Of a DNA stretch of 64,000 nucleotides, positions 23,601 to 37,436 are shown piece after piece; within the stretch, counting starts at the first letter, position 1, and each line of letters begins with the position of its first letter. The stretch lies in the NCBI GenBank assembly GCA_050273025.1, contig CP158635.1, forward strand, positions 12,028,001 through 12,092,000. Direction: 5' to 3'. The notes under the pieces are model-generated. The model ran no database searches. It was not told the origin of the DNA and saw only the letters and a program-made list of their open reading frames with translations. Position numbers and translations under genes: made by a program. Source of the DNA: Cenococcum geophilum. Lineage: Eukaryota.

Positions 23601-24098
23601 TAAAGAGGTTAAGGATAGGGGTTCCGTATAGGTTTATATTCGCATCTATAACTTCCGGTAAACCGTACTAAGACTTAAATAAGTATATAGAGTTGGAGAT
23701 AAGTCCGTAATCCCCAACTTCCGACCTTTTAGTAGGTTGTACTAGGAGTTTAAACGGGTGGTTGCTGTTATATATATCGCTTGGGGGGAGGTATTAAGTG
23801 ATTGCTGATCTGTGCGCGCTTACTAATCAGTGTTTGTACTAACTTAATAGCACAAGTAAGTCGTATCCACGGGCACGAAATACATGTAGTATTATATACT
23901 TGTTTAGATGGTGACTGTCAATTATATGAAGTAGACTACGTAGTCTATATACTGATGCACCTCCCCCCTAATTAGTTAGTGCTTTATAAGTGCACCAAAC
24001 GCGTAAGCGAGTAGTTGGTGTACTGAACGCGTAAACGCGTACCTGGTGTACCGAACGCGTAAGCACGCGTTTAGTACAACAGGTGCTATAATTATACA
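17631..24098 (-). mobile_element. Ty1/Copia retrotransposon, probably GalEa clade, nested in Gypsy A1
   Basis: 268-bp LTRs 17631-17898 and 23831-24098. TSD TATAG. Minus-strand gag-pol at about 23380-18350 with CFVCGKEGC knuckle, integrase before RT, YDPCL and RNase H CTDLKSLYDCL...EKRLMVD...NPADAITK. CTGATTAGT follows the 5' LTR. Confidence 0.92.
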
Positions 24099-27000
24099 TA
24101 TAGGTACGTTTTTCTTCCTTTTATAAAAAGGCCCTTTATTCGCATTATTACTATAAGTAGTACTACTACGCTTAAGAAGTTATATATAAATTTCTAATAG
24201 AGGTTAGCAAAACTAAGGAAGGCTTATACGTCCTTAATATAGTTAGGGGCTTACTATTTAGTAATTATACGTACCTTCTTAGGGTCTATACGGACACCCT
24301 TAGTAGTAATAATTAGTTTAAGGTATTTTACTTCTATAACTAAAAATTTGCATTTCTTTAAATTAATATAAAGTCCTACGTCCCTAAGGCGCTATAGAAC
24401 CTTTTTAACGCGTTTAGTATGCTTAAAAGGGTTATTACTATAAATAGGTATATTATCTAGGTACGCAGAGCAGAAGTTATTAAGGTAGTCCTATAAGGCG
24501 TTATTAATATAGCTTTAAAAGGTGCCTGGGCCGTTATATACGCTAAAGGGCATAACGGTATATTTAAATTAGCTAAAGCGCAATACGAATGCGGTTTTCT
24601 ATTTATTACCTCCCCGTATTTAAAGATAATTAAAGGCGGTAATAATATTAAGCTTAGTATAGATTTTGGCTTAACTAAGCCGCTTAAGGGTCTTATATAT
24701 AAGCGGTACTAGATATTAGTTTTTAATTATAATAGTATTAAGTCCTCTATAGTTAATATAGAATTAAATACCTCTTTTTAGCTTCTTAGCGAGAAGGATA
24801 GGGGCGGCTGCTAGTAATATACTAGGATAAATAAATCCTTTATTAAGGTGCTCGTTAATATACTTTTTTATAATTAGAAGTTTGTCTTTTAATATTAGGT
24901 AGGGTCTCTTATAAGGTAGCATTTTTCCTTATTTAATATTAATGGCATAGTTATTAGGTTAATATAGGGGGAGTATATCTACGCCCTTTTATAAGCATAT
25001 ATTGGTAAAGTCGTAGTACCTTTTAGGGTTCTTTATTAGTAAGTTCTTTTTTAAGCTTTATAAACTTCTTAAAGTCTAAAGGTAAAAGTCCTTAGAGTCC
25101 CGTAGGGGCGTTATCTTCTAAAAGGTTAACTATATCTATCCTATTACTATAGAGGATATAATTTTATTCTTTATTAAGCTTATATAGTTATAATTAAAAA
25201 GCTATAGTAACGGTCTAGCCTTTCTTATATGCTATATAGTAGAGGGCTAGGGCACTTATATAGTAGTAGTTAGTTATAGGTGAGGTAGTAAGGGGTTCCT
25301 TAGGTTAATATCCTAGGGAGTAAATAGAGGCGGCTAGGCTATGCCTTAGGCAAGTCTCTCTATAGTATTTAGAGTTAAAGGTTACTTTTCTCTTCTTTTA
25401 GTTAATAGCGGGGTTATATTATTTAAGCTAGTTTATTTTAAGGATAATAGGGTAGTTAGTAAGTAGTATAATATAGACCTAGAGTTCTTTCTAGTGCCTA
25501 TTTATATCTAGGTGGAGTTATACTATATAGATAATCTTCTATATAGTATAACTACTATTAGTAAGTTATAGGGCGCGGGCTTTAGTAAGGGGTAAGGTAA
25601 ATAGGTTATAAGTACGCACAAATTAGGTATCTATAAATTTATTAATAGCTCCGTAGTTAATTATAAAACGGCTTTTATATTATTTTTTAGCAGTAGTTCC
25701 TATTATAGGTAAAACTATCTATTTCCGTCCGTTTATTTTTACTAAGTTATTTATTAAATAGGCTAATATATAGATCCCTCTATTATTAGGGCGTCCTAAC
25801 CTATAACTTAGGGCTAAGACTTAGCGTTTTCCGCTTCCGTATCTAATTTTACTACTATTACTGCGTCTTTATCTTATATAGTAGTAGCGTATAACAACAT
25901 ATTTAGTATTTAGGGTATTCGGTTAAGTATTAGGCGGTAGCTACTAAACTTAGATATTAGGCAGTTTAGGTTATCGTAATAATAGCCTTCTTAATAGTAT
26001 CTATAATAGCATTCTAGTTTCTGGAGTAGCTTACGCTCTCTATTTAGGAGTTTTTATAAAAAGGTTAGTATAAAGAAATTAATATTAGCTCCGGTAGTAC
26101 TTAAGGTAGTAGGTATTAGTAGCTTAGTATATATAGGTTTAGTAGGCCCGGAAGGCTTCTATAGAGAGGTTTTTAGGTAAGGGTTAGTAGTAGTAATCTA
26201 ATTTAGTTATTATTTAATCTTCTATAGGGCTGCTACCATATTATAAATATCGTTATAGTTATAGCTGGCGGCTACGTAATTAAGGCAATAAGTAACTTTT
26301 TTTAAGGAGGTCCTTCTGGTCTTTAGTATTATCTTAAGGGCTTTAGTATATTTCTAGAATTTAATATAGAATTTATTAAATAATTTAGTAGGGCTTATCT
26401 TTAGGGTACGTAGTTTAGCTTAGCTAGTGGCTAATAGGTTATAGTCGCGGTATATTAGGTTAAGATTATTAAAGACTTTTTAGTAGGACTGCTACTTTTA
26501 GGGGCTATTAGTCTTCTATTAGGCGAAGAGTCTATTAAATAGTATACCCTTTGTTTACCCAATAATATAACTAATCTTAGTGTCTTTTGTAGGAAAAAGG
26601 TAGGCGCTTTAGGTTAGTTTTTTGCGGATTTATATCTTTTAGTAGCTATATTCCTTACGGTTTCCCTAAAAAAACTAAGGGATTAAGGTAATATATATTA
26701 GACCCTACAGTAGCAGCTTAGGTTTAATTGTTATGGCTTTTATTATTACTGCTTTAGTAGGGGTTTCCGTTAGGTAAAGCTGCTTAGCGCTAATTCTCTA
26801 TTAAGTGTTAAGTAGGTAAAGTTACCAGGGGTATAGAGGCTTAGGTGGCGTTATATATAGTAAAGAGGTATCTAGTGTTATTATAAATGTGCTTATTAAG
26901 CTAAGATTATAGGTATTTAATTATATTATCTTTTTTAGTAACTATAGCAATAAGTATAATCTCAGCCTTCTTTAACCGTTAGATGTCGCGTTTAGACACA

Positions 27001-28349
27001 CGGAGGTTATCCTTAGTTTCTTAGTATATATTATTAGCGAGCGCCTTATAAGCTTATAGGTCTTAGATAATATTACAATCTTAGGCATTACGCATCTTAG
27101 CTTGTATAAGCTCTAGGTAGTAGTTCTATAAAAGGCGGTAGTATTTATTAGGTTTTTATACTACCTTTTTTATAAATATCTCGGCGTCTTATATTTTAAT
27201 TTTAATAGGTAATAGCCCTTTTATTTGCTTGTCCGTAGTTATATAGTTAATAAAGAATAAGATATTATTAATGTCTACCTTATTAAGGTTATTGTAATCT
27301 TTTAAGCCACTAGGCTTCCCCTTAGGGGTTAAGGCTAGGGCTAATAAATTAAATTCTTCTAGGGTTAATTAGCGGCGTAGGTTAAGTATAGGTATTAAAT
27401 TATTCCTTAGGTTTAATATAATAGCTAGTAAGAAATATTATCTTACTATTATAGGTTCCTTAGAAGTATAAAGTAAGGTAACTTATAAATATGCTGCTTT
27501 TAGTAGCGCCTATAGTATTATAGAGACGTAGAATTAGTTATAGGCTAAGCGTTAGTAGTAAAAAAGGCGTAACGTAATGTTATAGAATAGGGGTAGTGGC
27601 TGTAGAGTGTATGTATTTAAGAAGTCTATAAGACGTTACGCGACCAATTATAAGGGTTAAGGGCGTAAGGAGGTAATATACCTACGCGTAGCTAATATAA
27701 GCTGTATATAAGGTATATATAAGAGTATAGGGCTCTCCTATAGAGGCCCCTACGGTGGGGTTCCGTAATACTATACTTCTTTTTATTATATCTTATAGTG
27801 TCCTAATCTTAGATTAAATTATAGTCTTTTAATTAGGAGTACTGCTAGTATTGCGAAAATTAAATGGAAGTGTAGGGAGGAGACTATATACTATGGGTAT
27901 GTGCCTCCGGTATATAACTAGCGACTATTTAAAGGGCGTCTAGGGGTTGTCCTAAGGGCAACCTAAGGTGTCTGCAATAATATCCCTTATATTGCCCCCC
28001 CCCCTTCTTACGGTTAGCCCCTAATTGTTATTACTTTATAGTAGGGAGATTATAAGGGCTTATCCCGAAAGGGGTTTAGAGAGATATTAAAGAGGTGTTA
28101 GTATACTACTATATATTATCTATCTATCTAACCCCTGCTTTAAACTCCTAAAAAACCTTAATAAGGAAAAAATATAACTGGAGAAAAGACGTAAGGATTG
28201 CTAGGAGACCTATTAGAAGCCTATTAGAAGTATACTAGTAACTACCTAGGCTAATATAAGGATTTTTATATAACTCTACTTCTAAGCCTTTATGCTGGTT
28301 TATAATTAATTATAAGTATTATAGGCAATTTAGTATTCTGGTATAGTTC

Positions 28350-29386
28350 CGTAGAACCTTTTAGTATAGGATTTAATGTATAGAGCCTTAGCTTGCCGTT
28401 ATCTTTAACTATTAAAATATAATCTATAATCGTTTTATATAATCCTCTACGTTACTAACGCATTGTTCCTATATCTGCCCTTAGGCTATTAGATACGGTT
28501 AAGGTATTAATTAGTTAATTAAGGAGACTTATCTCCTAAGATTTAGTATATATGCTTTTTAATTTAATAGTCCTGTGCTGTATATTTGGCGTAGCTCTAC
28601 TGCCTAGTAAATAGGAGGGACACTTTATAATAGCACCTGTAGCTATTATACGATTATTAAGAACGTCTATAACGTTGTTCTTTAATACTATAGTATCATT
28701 TTAGGTATAATTTAACCTATATACGTTTTTAATTAACGTCTTAATTGCCTTCCCCTAGCCGCGTACTCAGTTTTTTATAAGGAAGTAATGGTTAGATAAT
28801 ATATACTTATATTTCCTTCCTTTTAAATAACGCTATTGTAACGGAGTTATATTGGTAAGGTTGCGGCTATTTACTAAAAGGGTATTAGACGGTAAAGTAT
28901 AAGGACACCTTTACTTATTAAGCTGCTCCTTTTCCTTAACACCTTACTTTCCCATTATTAACCTTCGTCTAATTTTGGACGTATCTTTAATATATTATTA
29001 AGATTTTCTTTTTTTCTATTAATAATTTAATATACCTCTTTGTTTTCCTACTAACTGCTCTTTTAAGTAGATTCTATAGCGTATTCTAGCCCTACCTTTA
29101 TATATAGAACCCTAACCTCTACTAACTCGCAACTAGTGCTAGTCCTACCTAAATGATTTTACCTATACGTCTTTAAAAGACTAGAAATCTAATAATAGGA
29201 TTCTAGAGGCTTATAATAAGACGTACTGCGTTAGATCTAATACCTTTAGTCCTTATAATTAATGTATGTGTACTAAGAGCTGTAGTTATATTAAGGTAAG
29301 CTTTTCTATCCTTAATATATTTCAATTACTAACTTTAAGCTTTAATAGCCTAGGCCTAAGTAGCGACGATCCTTTAATGTCCTTAA
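28350..29386 (-). pseudogene. Possible RIPed protein-coding relic, unidentified
   Basis: Long minus-strand stretches read plausibly once TAA/TAG are taken as RIPed codons (GKAIKTLIKNVYRLNY...VIDVLNNRIIATGAIIKCPSYL). No family recognised. Confidence 0.3.
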
Positions 29387-32300
29387 TGTTACGGGACACC
29401 CCCGTGACACCTTATACACGTCCACCTGTTTCCACCGACTTAGCAACTAAAGACTAACCACGAGACGGCAATTTGCGGCAATCTGACGGCAATCTGCCAT
29501 ATTCTGCCATATTCTGCTAAGTTCTACCAAATCCTGCCAAGTTCTGCCAGGACCACTACCTAAATCCTATTCTGCTCCGTATACGTATTAACTAAGTAAC
29601 TAAGCTAACGATATATTCCCTTTCTTTCTATTTCCCTACCTTCTCTCCTTACGTAACGTCTTAACCTTATTATATAGTTTATATATATAGCTTAATAGTA
29701 TCTACTTTACTACATATTATTACCGCTTATACTTACTCCGTAACACTACGTTATATTAACTACCTATACTACTATTAAAATATAGACTAAACCTAAAGCC
29801 CCTATAATAACCGCCGGTATTATATCCGTACTCTAAAAATAATTAGCAGAAATACAGAAGTCTTTTATAGACGCCCTTGTATAGAACTAAGCTACTTTAA
29901 ATTAACGATAAGCCGAATAAGAAGTACGACACTAATAATTAATTAAGGACCTCTAAGAAGAAGTCCGCACCCTTAAGATGCCTACGCTAGGACCTTAAGA
30001 CTAAACGCTATCTTTAGAAATAAATACGCGGAACGCGAGCCCCGAACCTATAGTAGTTACTTACCCTAAACTAACTACTGCACCACAACAATCTAAATAA
30101 CTACTAGACCCTCCGATATTTACTAGTAAATAATAAAAACTCTAATTATTTCTAAGCTAGCTTAAAAATAAGCTAACTGGTAATACTAACCGCTACCTAA
30201 CCAAAGCTAACCGACTCTGCTACGCCCTAAGTCGACTAGAAGGAGACGTAGCTAACCTTATTAAACCCCTTTAACTAAACTCAGTACTAAGTCTAGTTGT
30301 ACTTCTTAAAGCCACGTACAGTAACCTAAACCACTAAGCTACTGCTTAGAGAAAGATAAACTATATAACTTAAGGAACGAAAAGCTTTCTAGTATACTTC
30401 TCCAAATTTAACTATTATGTAAAGGAAATAGGCTAAAACGACTCCGCACTGATTAACAGCCTTATTAAATCCTTAAGCTCTAAACTAAAAACCTCCCTAA
30501 TAGGCGTAGACCTACTAGGAGCCCTTAATGCCTACGCAAACGTTATTAATAAACGGTATAACGATATACTACGCCTAACACTAAAGCCTGCCCCCCGATA
30601 TAATACGATAACCCCGCGAACGTCTACTAAGTTATTATCTTAGCCTAAGCACCCTAACGCCATAGATATTAACACTAGAATCCTAGATTACGCCCTACTA
30701 GGGTCCTCTAAATGAGAATAACGCCTTAAGCTAGGCCTCTGCTTTAAATATAGAAGGAAGGATTATATCTTAAAATACTACCTTATCCCCCTACCTACGC
30801 ACTAAAATAATCTACAAACGGCTAATACTAATAGCCGTTTACCGTATCGATCTTCCGGTTACCGTCCCCGATCTTTATCTAGTTCCAGCCCTATATCTAG
30901 TAAGCACTATTTATAAGGACGAAGCTCCAACTAACGCTCTATAAGAACCCCGCCCCGATTGCCTCTAAAAGGAAGGTCTTGGAGCTAAGTCGCTCTCTAG
31001 GACGGCTCTGCCTTAGGATCTCATTAAACACATTTAACGTTACAAACTCCGACTCTTAGGACCGTAGCATAACTATTAACTGCCGTCTTTAGTAGAATGG
31101 TTAATAGGCTAACGCTTAAATCCTAATTGATATAGGAGCTAGCGGCATAGGATTTATTAACAAGATCTTTGTATAAGATAATAGTTTTACCCTAACCCCC
31201 CTTAACCGGCATATTAATATATTTAGATTTAACAGTAAACGCACTATCTTAGGCCGTATTACCCACGTGGCAGCCCTAAGACTCTAATACCTAAACTACA
31301 AAAAACTAATTAAGCTTTTTGTTACCACCTTAGGTCACCTAGTGATCCTTAAATAACCTTAGATGAAGCTATATAAGGTAACTATTAACTAGGATAACCT
31401 TAAGCTTCTATTTACCGCCTCCTATTATAAGCAGAAGTGCCTTATAACTTACTACCCTGACCCTAAACTAAAACCTAGGAAATCCACTAAGATCTACTAG
31501 CCTAAGATTTCCACTAATATCTACCCCGCGCCCAAGGAATCTACCAGATTCCACCAACCTAAGAATTCTACCGAATTTCACCGATATAAGATTTCCACTA
31601 ATATCTACTAAAGATCTGGAAATCCTACTAAACCCCACGAACCAACCCTAACTACTGTACCACCCCAAACTAAGTAAAAGCTTAAGCTTAGCATATGGGA
31701 GTACTAGAAGAACTGGTACCCTATAATGAAAAGAATACTTAAAGAACCCGAACCTAAATCTAATACTAACTCTATACCTAATACTAAACTTAAACCTAAA
31801 TAAGAAACTATATAAGAGACTATAGACAATCTAAAAGAGCTTAACACCCTAGATATCCGCATAATTAGAGCTACTCCGCTAGCTTAGCTTGCTAAGAAGT
31901 CTAAACATACGATTTTCGCTGTTATAATGGCTAATATTAAAAAAGCCTTGGCACTAAAGAAATACACCAACCCTATTACAAAGGTACTAGTAGAGTACCA
32001 TTACCGCTTAGACGCATTCTTATAAAAGGAAGCCGATAAGCTACTAGAATACCGACTATATAACTATAAGATTATACTTAAAGAAGGAAAGCAGCCCGGA
32101 TTTAGACCTCTATACGGAATGTCCTAAAATAAACTCTAAGTGCTATGAAAGTATCTGGACGAGAACCTAAGTAAAGGATTTATTAGAGTAAGCTCTTTAC
32201 CTATAGCCGCATTAGTAATCTTTATTAAAAAACCTAGCAGTAGTCTGCGCTTCTGCGTAGATTACTAAGCCCTTAACGCCGTTACTATTAAGAACTAATA

Positions 32301-35300
32301 TCCGATCCCGTTAATATAAGAGACGCTAAACTAACTAAGTAAGGCTCGCTACTATACAAAGCTTAATATTATCTCTGCATTTAACCGCCTCCGTATAATA
32401 AAGGGAGATAAATAGCTTACCGCATTTCGTACTCAGTATAGATTATTTAAATACTTAGTGATGCTATTCGGCCTCGCAAATGCTCTAAGCTCGTTTCAAT
32501 ATTACGTAAATAACACCCTACGCCCCTACCTGGATATCTTCTATATTGCTTATATTAACAACATCTTAATATATAGTAATAACCTAACCAAATATTGGAA
32601 ACACGTTAACCTTATTCTATAAGCCCTGCACGGAGCTAGTCTATAATTGGATATAGATAAATGCGAGTTTTATAAGACGGAATTCCTATACCTTAGGCTT
32701 CTTATTTCTATAGACGGTATATAAATGGATCTAAAGAAAATTAAAGCAATTATAAACTAGTAAGAACCTAAAAACATTAAGGACGTAAGAGCCTTTATAG
32801 GATTTGCTAATTTCTACTAACAGTTTATTAACAACTTCTCCGCCCTAGTTTTACCCCTTATAGCTCTAACCTAAAAGGATAAAGCCTTTATTTTTGATAA
32901 GGAATATAAGAAGGCCTTTACTTATCTAAAGGTTATATTTACTACTGTGCCCGTACTCTAATACTTTAACTTAAACCGAATAAGTATTATAGAAGCTAAC
33001 TTATCTAACTACGTTACTGGAGGTATCCTATCTTAATATAACGAAGAGGGAGTATTATACCCTGTAGTATACTACTTAAAATAACTAAGCCTAGCTAAAT
33101 ATAACTATAAGATCTACGACAAGGAACTGCTGGCTATTATTAGATGCTTTAAGCAATGGCAACCTAAACTAGAAGGCGCTAGATTTCTAATTAAGGTCCT
33201 TAGCAATTATAAGAACCTATAGTACTTTACAACCACGAAATAGCTAAGCCACCGTTAGGCCCGCTAGTTAGAATACCTATCTCGTTTCCGATTCTTAATT
33301 ATATACTACCTAGGCGTTTAAGGCCAGAAGCCTAATGCCCTAACCTAACGCTCGCAAGACGCGCTAGTACTAGAAGAGGCACGTTCTTACCAAAATCAGA
33401 CCCTACTTCGCCCCGAACTATTTAACCCTCCTACTAAAGATCTTATAGTATAAATCCTTGAAATGACTAATTGATCAATTAAACAGATTATAACCGATGA
33501 ATATCTAAATGACGAGTTTATCTAAGAGACGCTTAAGCTAATTTAAGATAGCATTAGACGCTCTAAGAAGATCTCTTTAAGTAAATATAAAGCTTGTAGA
33601 AACCGCTTATATTACCAGAACCGTCTAGTTATCCCTAATTATAATAAACTTAAGCTTAAGCTCCTTAAACACGTACACGACCTACCGGTAGCCGGCTACC
33701 TAGGCTAAGGAAAAACCCTGGAGCTACTTTAACGGGAGTACTACTGGCCGAATATATATAATATAACACAAAGGTACGTCTCTAGCTGTTACGTCTGCTA
33801 ACGAGCTAAAGCTTCGCACGAGATATATAACGGCCTTCTAAAGCCACTACCTATTCCGGACTAAAGATGGAAGGATATCTTAATTAACTTTATTATTAAC
33901 CTCCCTGTAAGTAAGGGCTACACGAATATTATAGTAGTCGTAGACCAACTATCTAAGATAAGATACTTAATCGCCTGCCCCGATATATTAATACCTGCCG
34001 TTACCTAACTGTTTCTAGACTACGTATAAAAACTCCACGGACTCCCCGAAATGATTATCTCCGATAAAGGCAGCTAGTTTATCTCTACATTTTGGAAAGA
34101 ACTAACTACCTAACTCCGCATTAAAGCACTATTATTTATAGTATACTACCTAGAAACGGATGGTTAAACGGAACGTGTAAACGCTATAATGGAACAGTAC
34201 ATTCGGATATACATATTATACTTATAAGATGACTGGATTAACTGGCTTATATTTACCGAGTTTACCGTAAATAATTCCGTTTTGGAAACTATAAAGGTCT
34301 CCCCGTTCCTAGCTAACTACGGCTAGTATCCATAAATGGGTTTTAAACCCTTTAGTAATATTCCTTGCCCTACTTATTACGCCTTATAAGTTATAAAAGC
34401 AAATAAATTTATAGAGAAGATAGAGGAACTACAACAGTTCCTTGCTAATAAAATAATATAGGCTTAATCTATTTATAAAGCCGCAGTGAATAAGAAACGA
34501 ACCCTAGTACTAGCCTATTAAATTAGTGACTTTATCTGGCTAGATATAAGAAATCTAAATATAAAACGACCTGCTAAGAAGCTTAATTGGAAGAATGCTG
34601 GCCCTTATAAGGTTAAGAAGGTTATCTTCTCCTACGCCTACTAACTAAAGCTCCCTAATACGGTTAAAATCTACCCTATATTCCACACGTTAGTCCTCCG
34701 CCCCGCTGCTTCTATATTAGACGCCCTGCCTAGATAGATATAAGACCCTCCCCTACTAGTTAAAGTAGATGGTGAGAACGAGTACTTTATTAAAAGAATT
34801 AATAATATTAAGTATAATAAACGGAAACGTTAATATATATATCTTACGAAATGGAGAGGCTTTACTGAGCCCTTATAGGAACCTGTTAACTCTATAGGAC
34901 TTACATAAGCCGCAGAAGACTTTTACGAACTCTATCCAGAACTACTACAGCCCTATCTCGCAGAAGCTCAAGTTTAAAGGGGGGGTACTGTCACGGGATA
35001 CCCCCATGATACCTTATACACGTCTACCTGTTTCCACCGACTTAGCAACTAGAGACTAACCATAAGACGGCAATTTATGGTAATCTAACGGCAATCTACC
35101 ATATTCTGCTATATTCCGCTAAGTTCCACCAAATCCTGCTAAGTTCTGCCAGGACCATTACCTAAATCCTATTCTGCTCCGTGCACGTATTAACTAAGCA
35201 ACTAAGCTAACGATATATACCCTTTCTTTCCGTTTCCCTGCCTTCTCTCCTTACGTAACGTCTTGACCTTATTATATAGTTTATGTATATAGCTTAATAG

Positions 35301-35347
35301 TATCTACTTTACTACATATTATCACCGCTTATACTCACTCCGTAACA
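29387..35347 (+). mobile_element. Ty3/Gypsy chromovirus, family B, full length, RIPed
   Basis: 359-bp LTRs 29387-29745 and 34989-35347. TSD CTTAA. PPT AAAGGGGGGG. gag with LCFKY knuckle remnant, RT (LRFCVDY, MLFGLANA), RNase H ([10 protein letters not shown]), integrase (ETDG*TERVN) and chromodomain. Confidence 0.94.
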
Positions 35348-35651
35348 CTTAACTACTATATTGCCTAGGCTTTGTCTTATTCCAGCGCCAATACTAAACA
35401 TTTTAGTTAAATTTAAGACTATACTATAGCTATCTATACCGCCTATAATTCCTACATCAGGAAATTTTTTTTGGGGCTCGTTGTTGCGGTTTGCGGCAGG
35501 TGGATATAGTCGATAGCAATTTGCGCAAAACGCACGTTTTGCAACAAGTTTGCAGCACCCTAATAGCAATTTACGCGTTTTATAACAAATTTGCAGCATC
35601 TAATAGCAAATTGCGGCAAAATGCTACCCTATAAATAAATAGTGCGCAAAC

Positions 35652-35762
35652 TGTACAAATTGTACGAATTGTAAAAACTGTACGAATTGTACGAATTGTA
35701 CGAATTGTACGAATTGTACGAATTGTACGAATTGTACAAATTGTAAAAACTGTACAAATTGT
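35652..35762. repeat. 9-bp tandem repeat (TGTACGAAT)n
   Basis: About 12 units visible. Confidence 0.9.
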
Positions 35763-35924
35763 AACTATATAAATTATAATTATATTATATAATAACCAAA
35801 TTATCACATATTTCCATAGATTTCTATAGTATACTTTTAAATATATTTATATTATAACTATATAAAATGTAGAGCTATCTACTTTAGGCGTTAAGGGGAA
35901 GCCTCTCGCGGAGGCTCTAATCAT

Positions 35925-36150
<226 letters not shown>

Positions 36151-36225
36151 ATGTCACCTTAATTCGATCGATCGATCGAATCGTTTATCGTGTTCGCTAG
36201 CTAGTCGTTCGAACGGTTGTCGTGT

Positions 36226-36829
36226 GGCTCTGGCGACGGTCGTGTGGCGATAACGACGGTCGTCTGGCTCTAACAGTCGTCTAGCTCTAGCGACGGTCAT
36301 CTAGCTCCGGCGACGGTCGTCTAGCTCTGACGACGGTCGTCTGGCTCTAACGGTCGTCTAGCTCTAGCGACGGTCATCTAGCTCTAACAACGGTCGTCCA
36401 GCTCTGGCGACGGTCATCTAGCTCCAGCGACGGTCGTCTAGCTCTAACGGTCGTCTAGCTCTAGCGACGGTCATCTGGCTCCAGCAACAGTCATCTAGCT
36501 CTAGCGACGGTCATCTAGCTCCGGCGACGGCCGTCTAGCTCTGACGACGGTTGTCCAGCTCTGACGATGGTCGTCTAGCTCTGGCGACGGTTATCTGGCT
36601 CCGGCGACGGTCGTCTAGCTCTGACGACGGTTGTCTAGCTCTGACGACGGTCGTCTGGCTCTGACGGTCGTCTAGCTCTGGCGACGGTCATCTAGCTCCG
36701 GCGACGGTCGTCCAGCTCTGGCGACAGTCATCTGGCTCCGGCGATAGTCGTCTAGCTCTAACGACGGTCGTCTGGCTCTAACGGTCGTCTAGCTCTAGCA
36801 ACAGTCGTCTGGCTCCGGCAACGGTCGTC
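36226..36829. repeat. 17/14-bp minisatellite (GCTCTGGCGACGGTCGTCTA-like)
   Basis: About 600 bp of units built on GACGGTCRTCTRGCTCY. Confidence 0.93.
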
Positions 36830-36999
36830 TGCTAGCTGTCATTCTGGTGTCTTCCTAGGTAGGGAGGATATAAGGAAGGGTAAAAAATAAGGTGGCTACC
36901 TAGGTGTATATAGGGGGTATACTTGGCAGAGGCACGTGTAGAGGCTATCGGGAATATAGCGGGGACCCGATAGTAGTGTGTCGCGCGCATACACATAAA

Positions 37000-37163
37000 G
37001 GCTTTGTGTAGAGCTTCGTGTAGAGCCTCCGTATGCAGAGCTTCGCGCAGAGCCTCGTGTAGAGCTTCGTGCAGAGCTTCGTGCAGAGCTTCGTGCAGAG
37101 CTTCGTGCAGAGCTTTATGTAAAGCCTCGTGCAGAGCTTTGTATAGAGCCTCGTGCAGAGCCT
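37000..37163. repeat. 12-bp minisatellite (GCAGAGCTTCGT)n
   Basis: Tandem units; same motif as 62090-63005. Confidence 0.92.
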
Positions 37164-37168
37164 CTGGC

Positions 37169-37434
37169 CATCAGGAATTTTTTTTTTAGGCATATTGTTG
37201 CAAGCGAAAATTGGGGTCTGCAAAACCTGCGTAAGTCGCAATTTTGGTAATTTGTGGCGATTTGCAGCAATTTGCTACAAACACATAGATAAGGCAGGCG
37301 CGTGCATAGGTAGCCTATGTGTTTGTAGCAAATTGCTGCAAATCGCCGCAAATTGCCAAATTTGCGACTTACGCAGGTTTTGCAGACCCCGATTTTCGTT
37401 TGCAACAACGTGCCCAAAAAAAAATTTCCTGATG
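37169..37434. repeat. Near-perfect 266-bp foldback with about 120-bp arms
   Basis: CATCAGGAATTTT...CTACAAACACATAG, a short spacer, then CTATGTGTTTGTAG...AAATTTCCTGATG. Confidence 0.92.
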
Positions 37435-37436
37435 TA

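Larger units (their letters stand above)
14746..27770 (-). mobile_element. Ty3/Gypsy chromovirus, family A copy 1 (about 6.3-kb core plus two nested insertions), RIPed
   Basis: LTRs 14746-14923 and 27578-27770. TSD CTATA on both sides. PPT complement CCCCCCCTTC next to the left LTR. Decayed gag, protease, RT (SAYLDNI), RNase H, integrase and chromodomain on the minus strand. Confidence 0.93.

Noticed and set aside
36226..36829. Regular repeat array resembling CRISPR
   Set aside because: Tandem units with no unique spacers, eukaryotic context and no cas genes.
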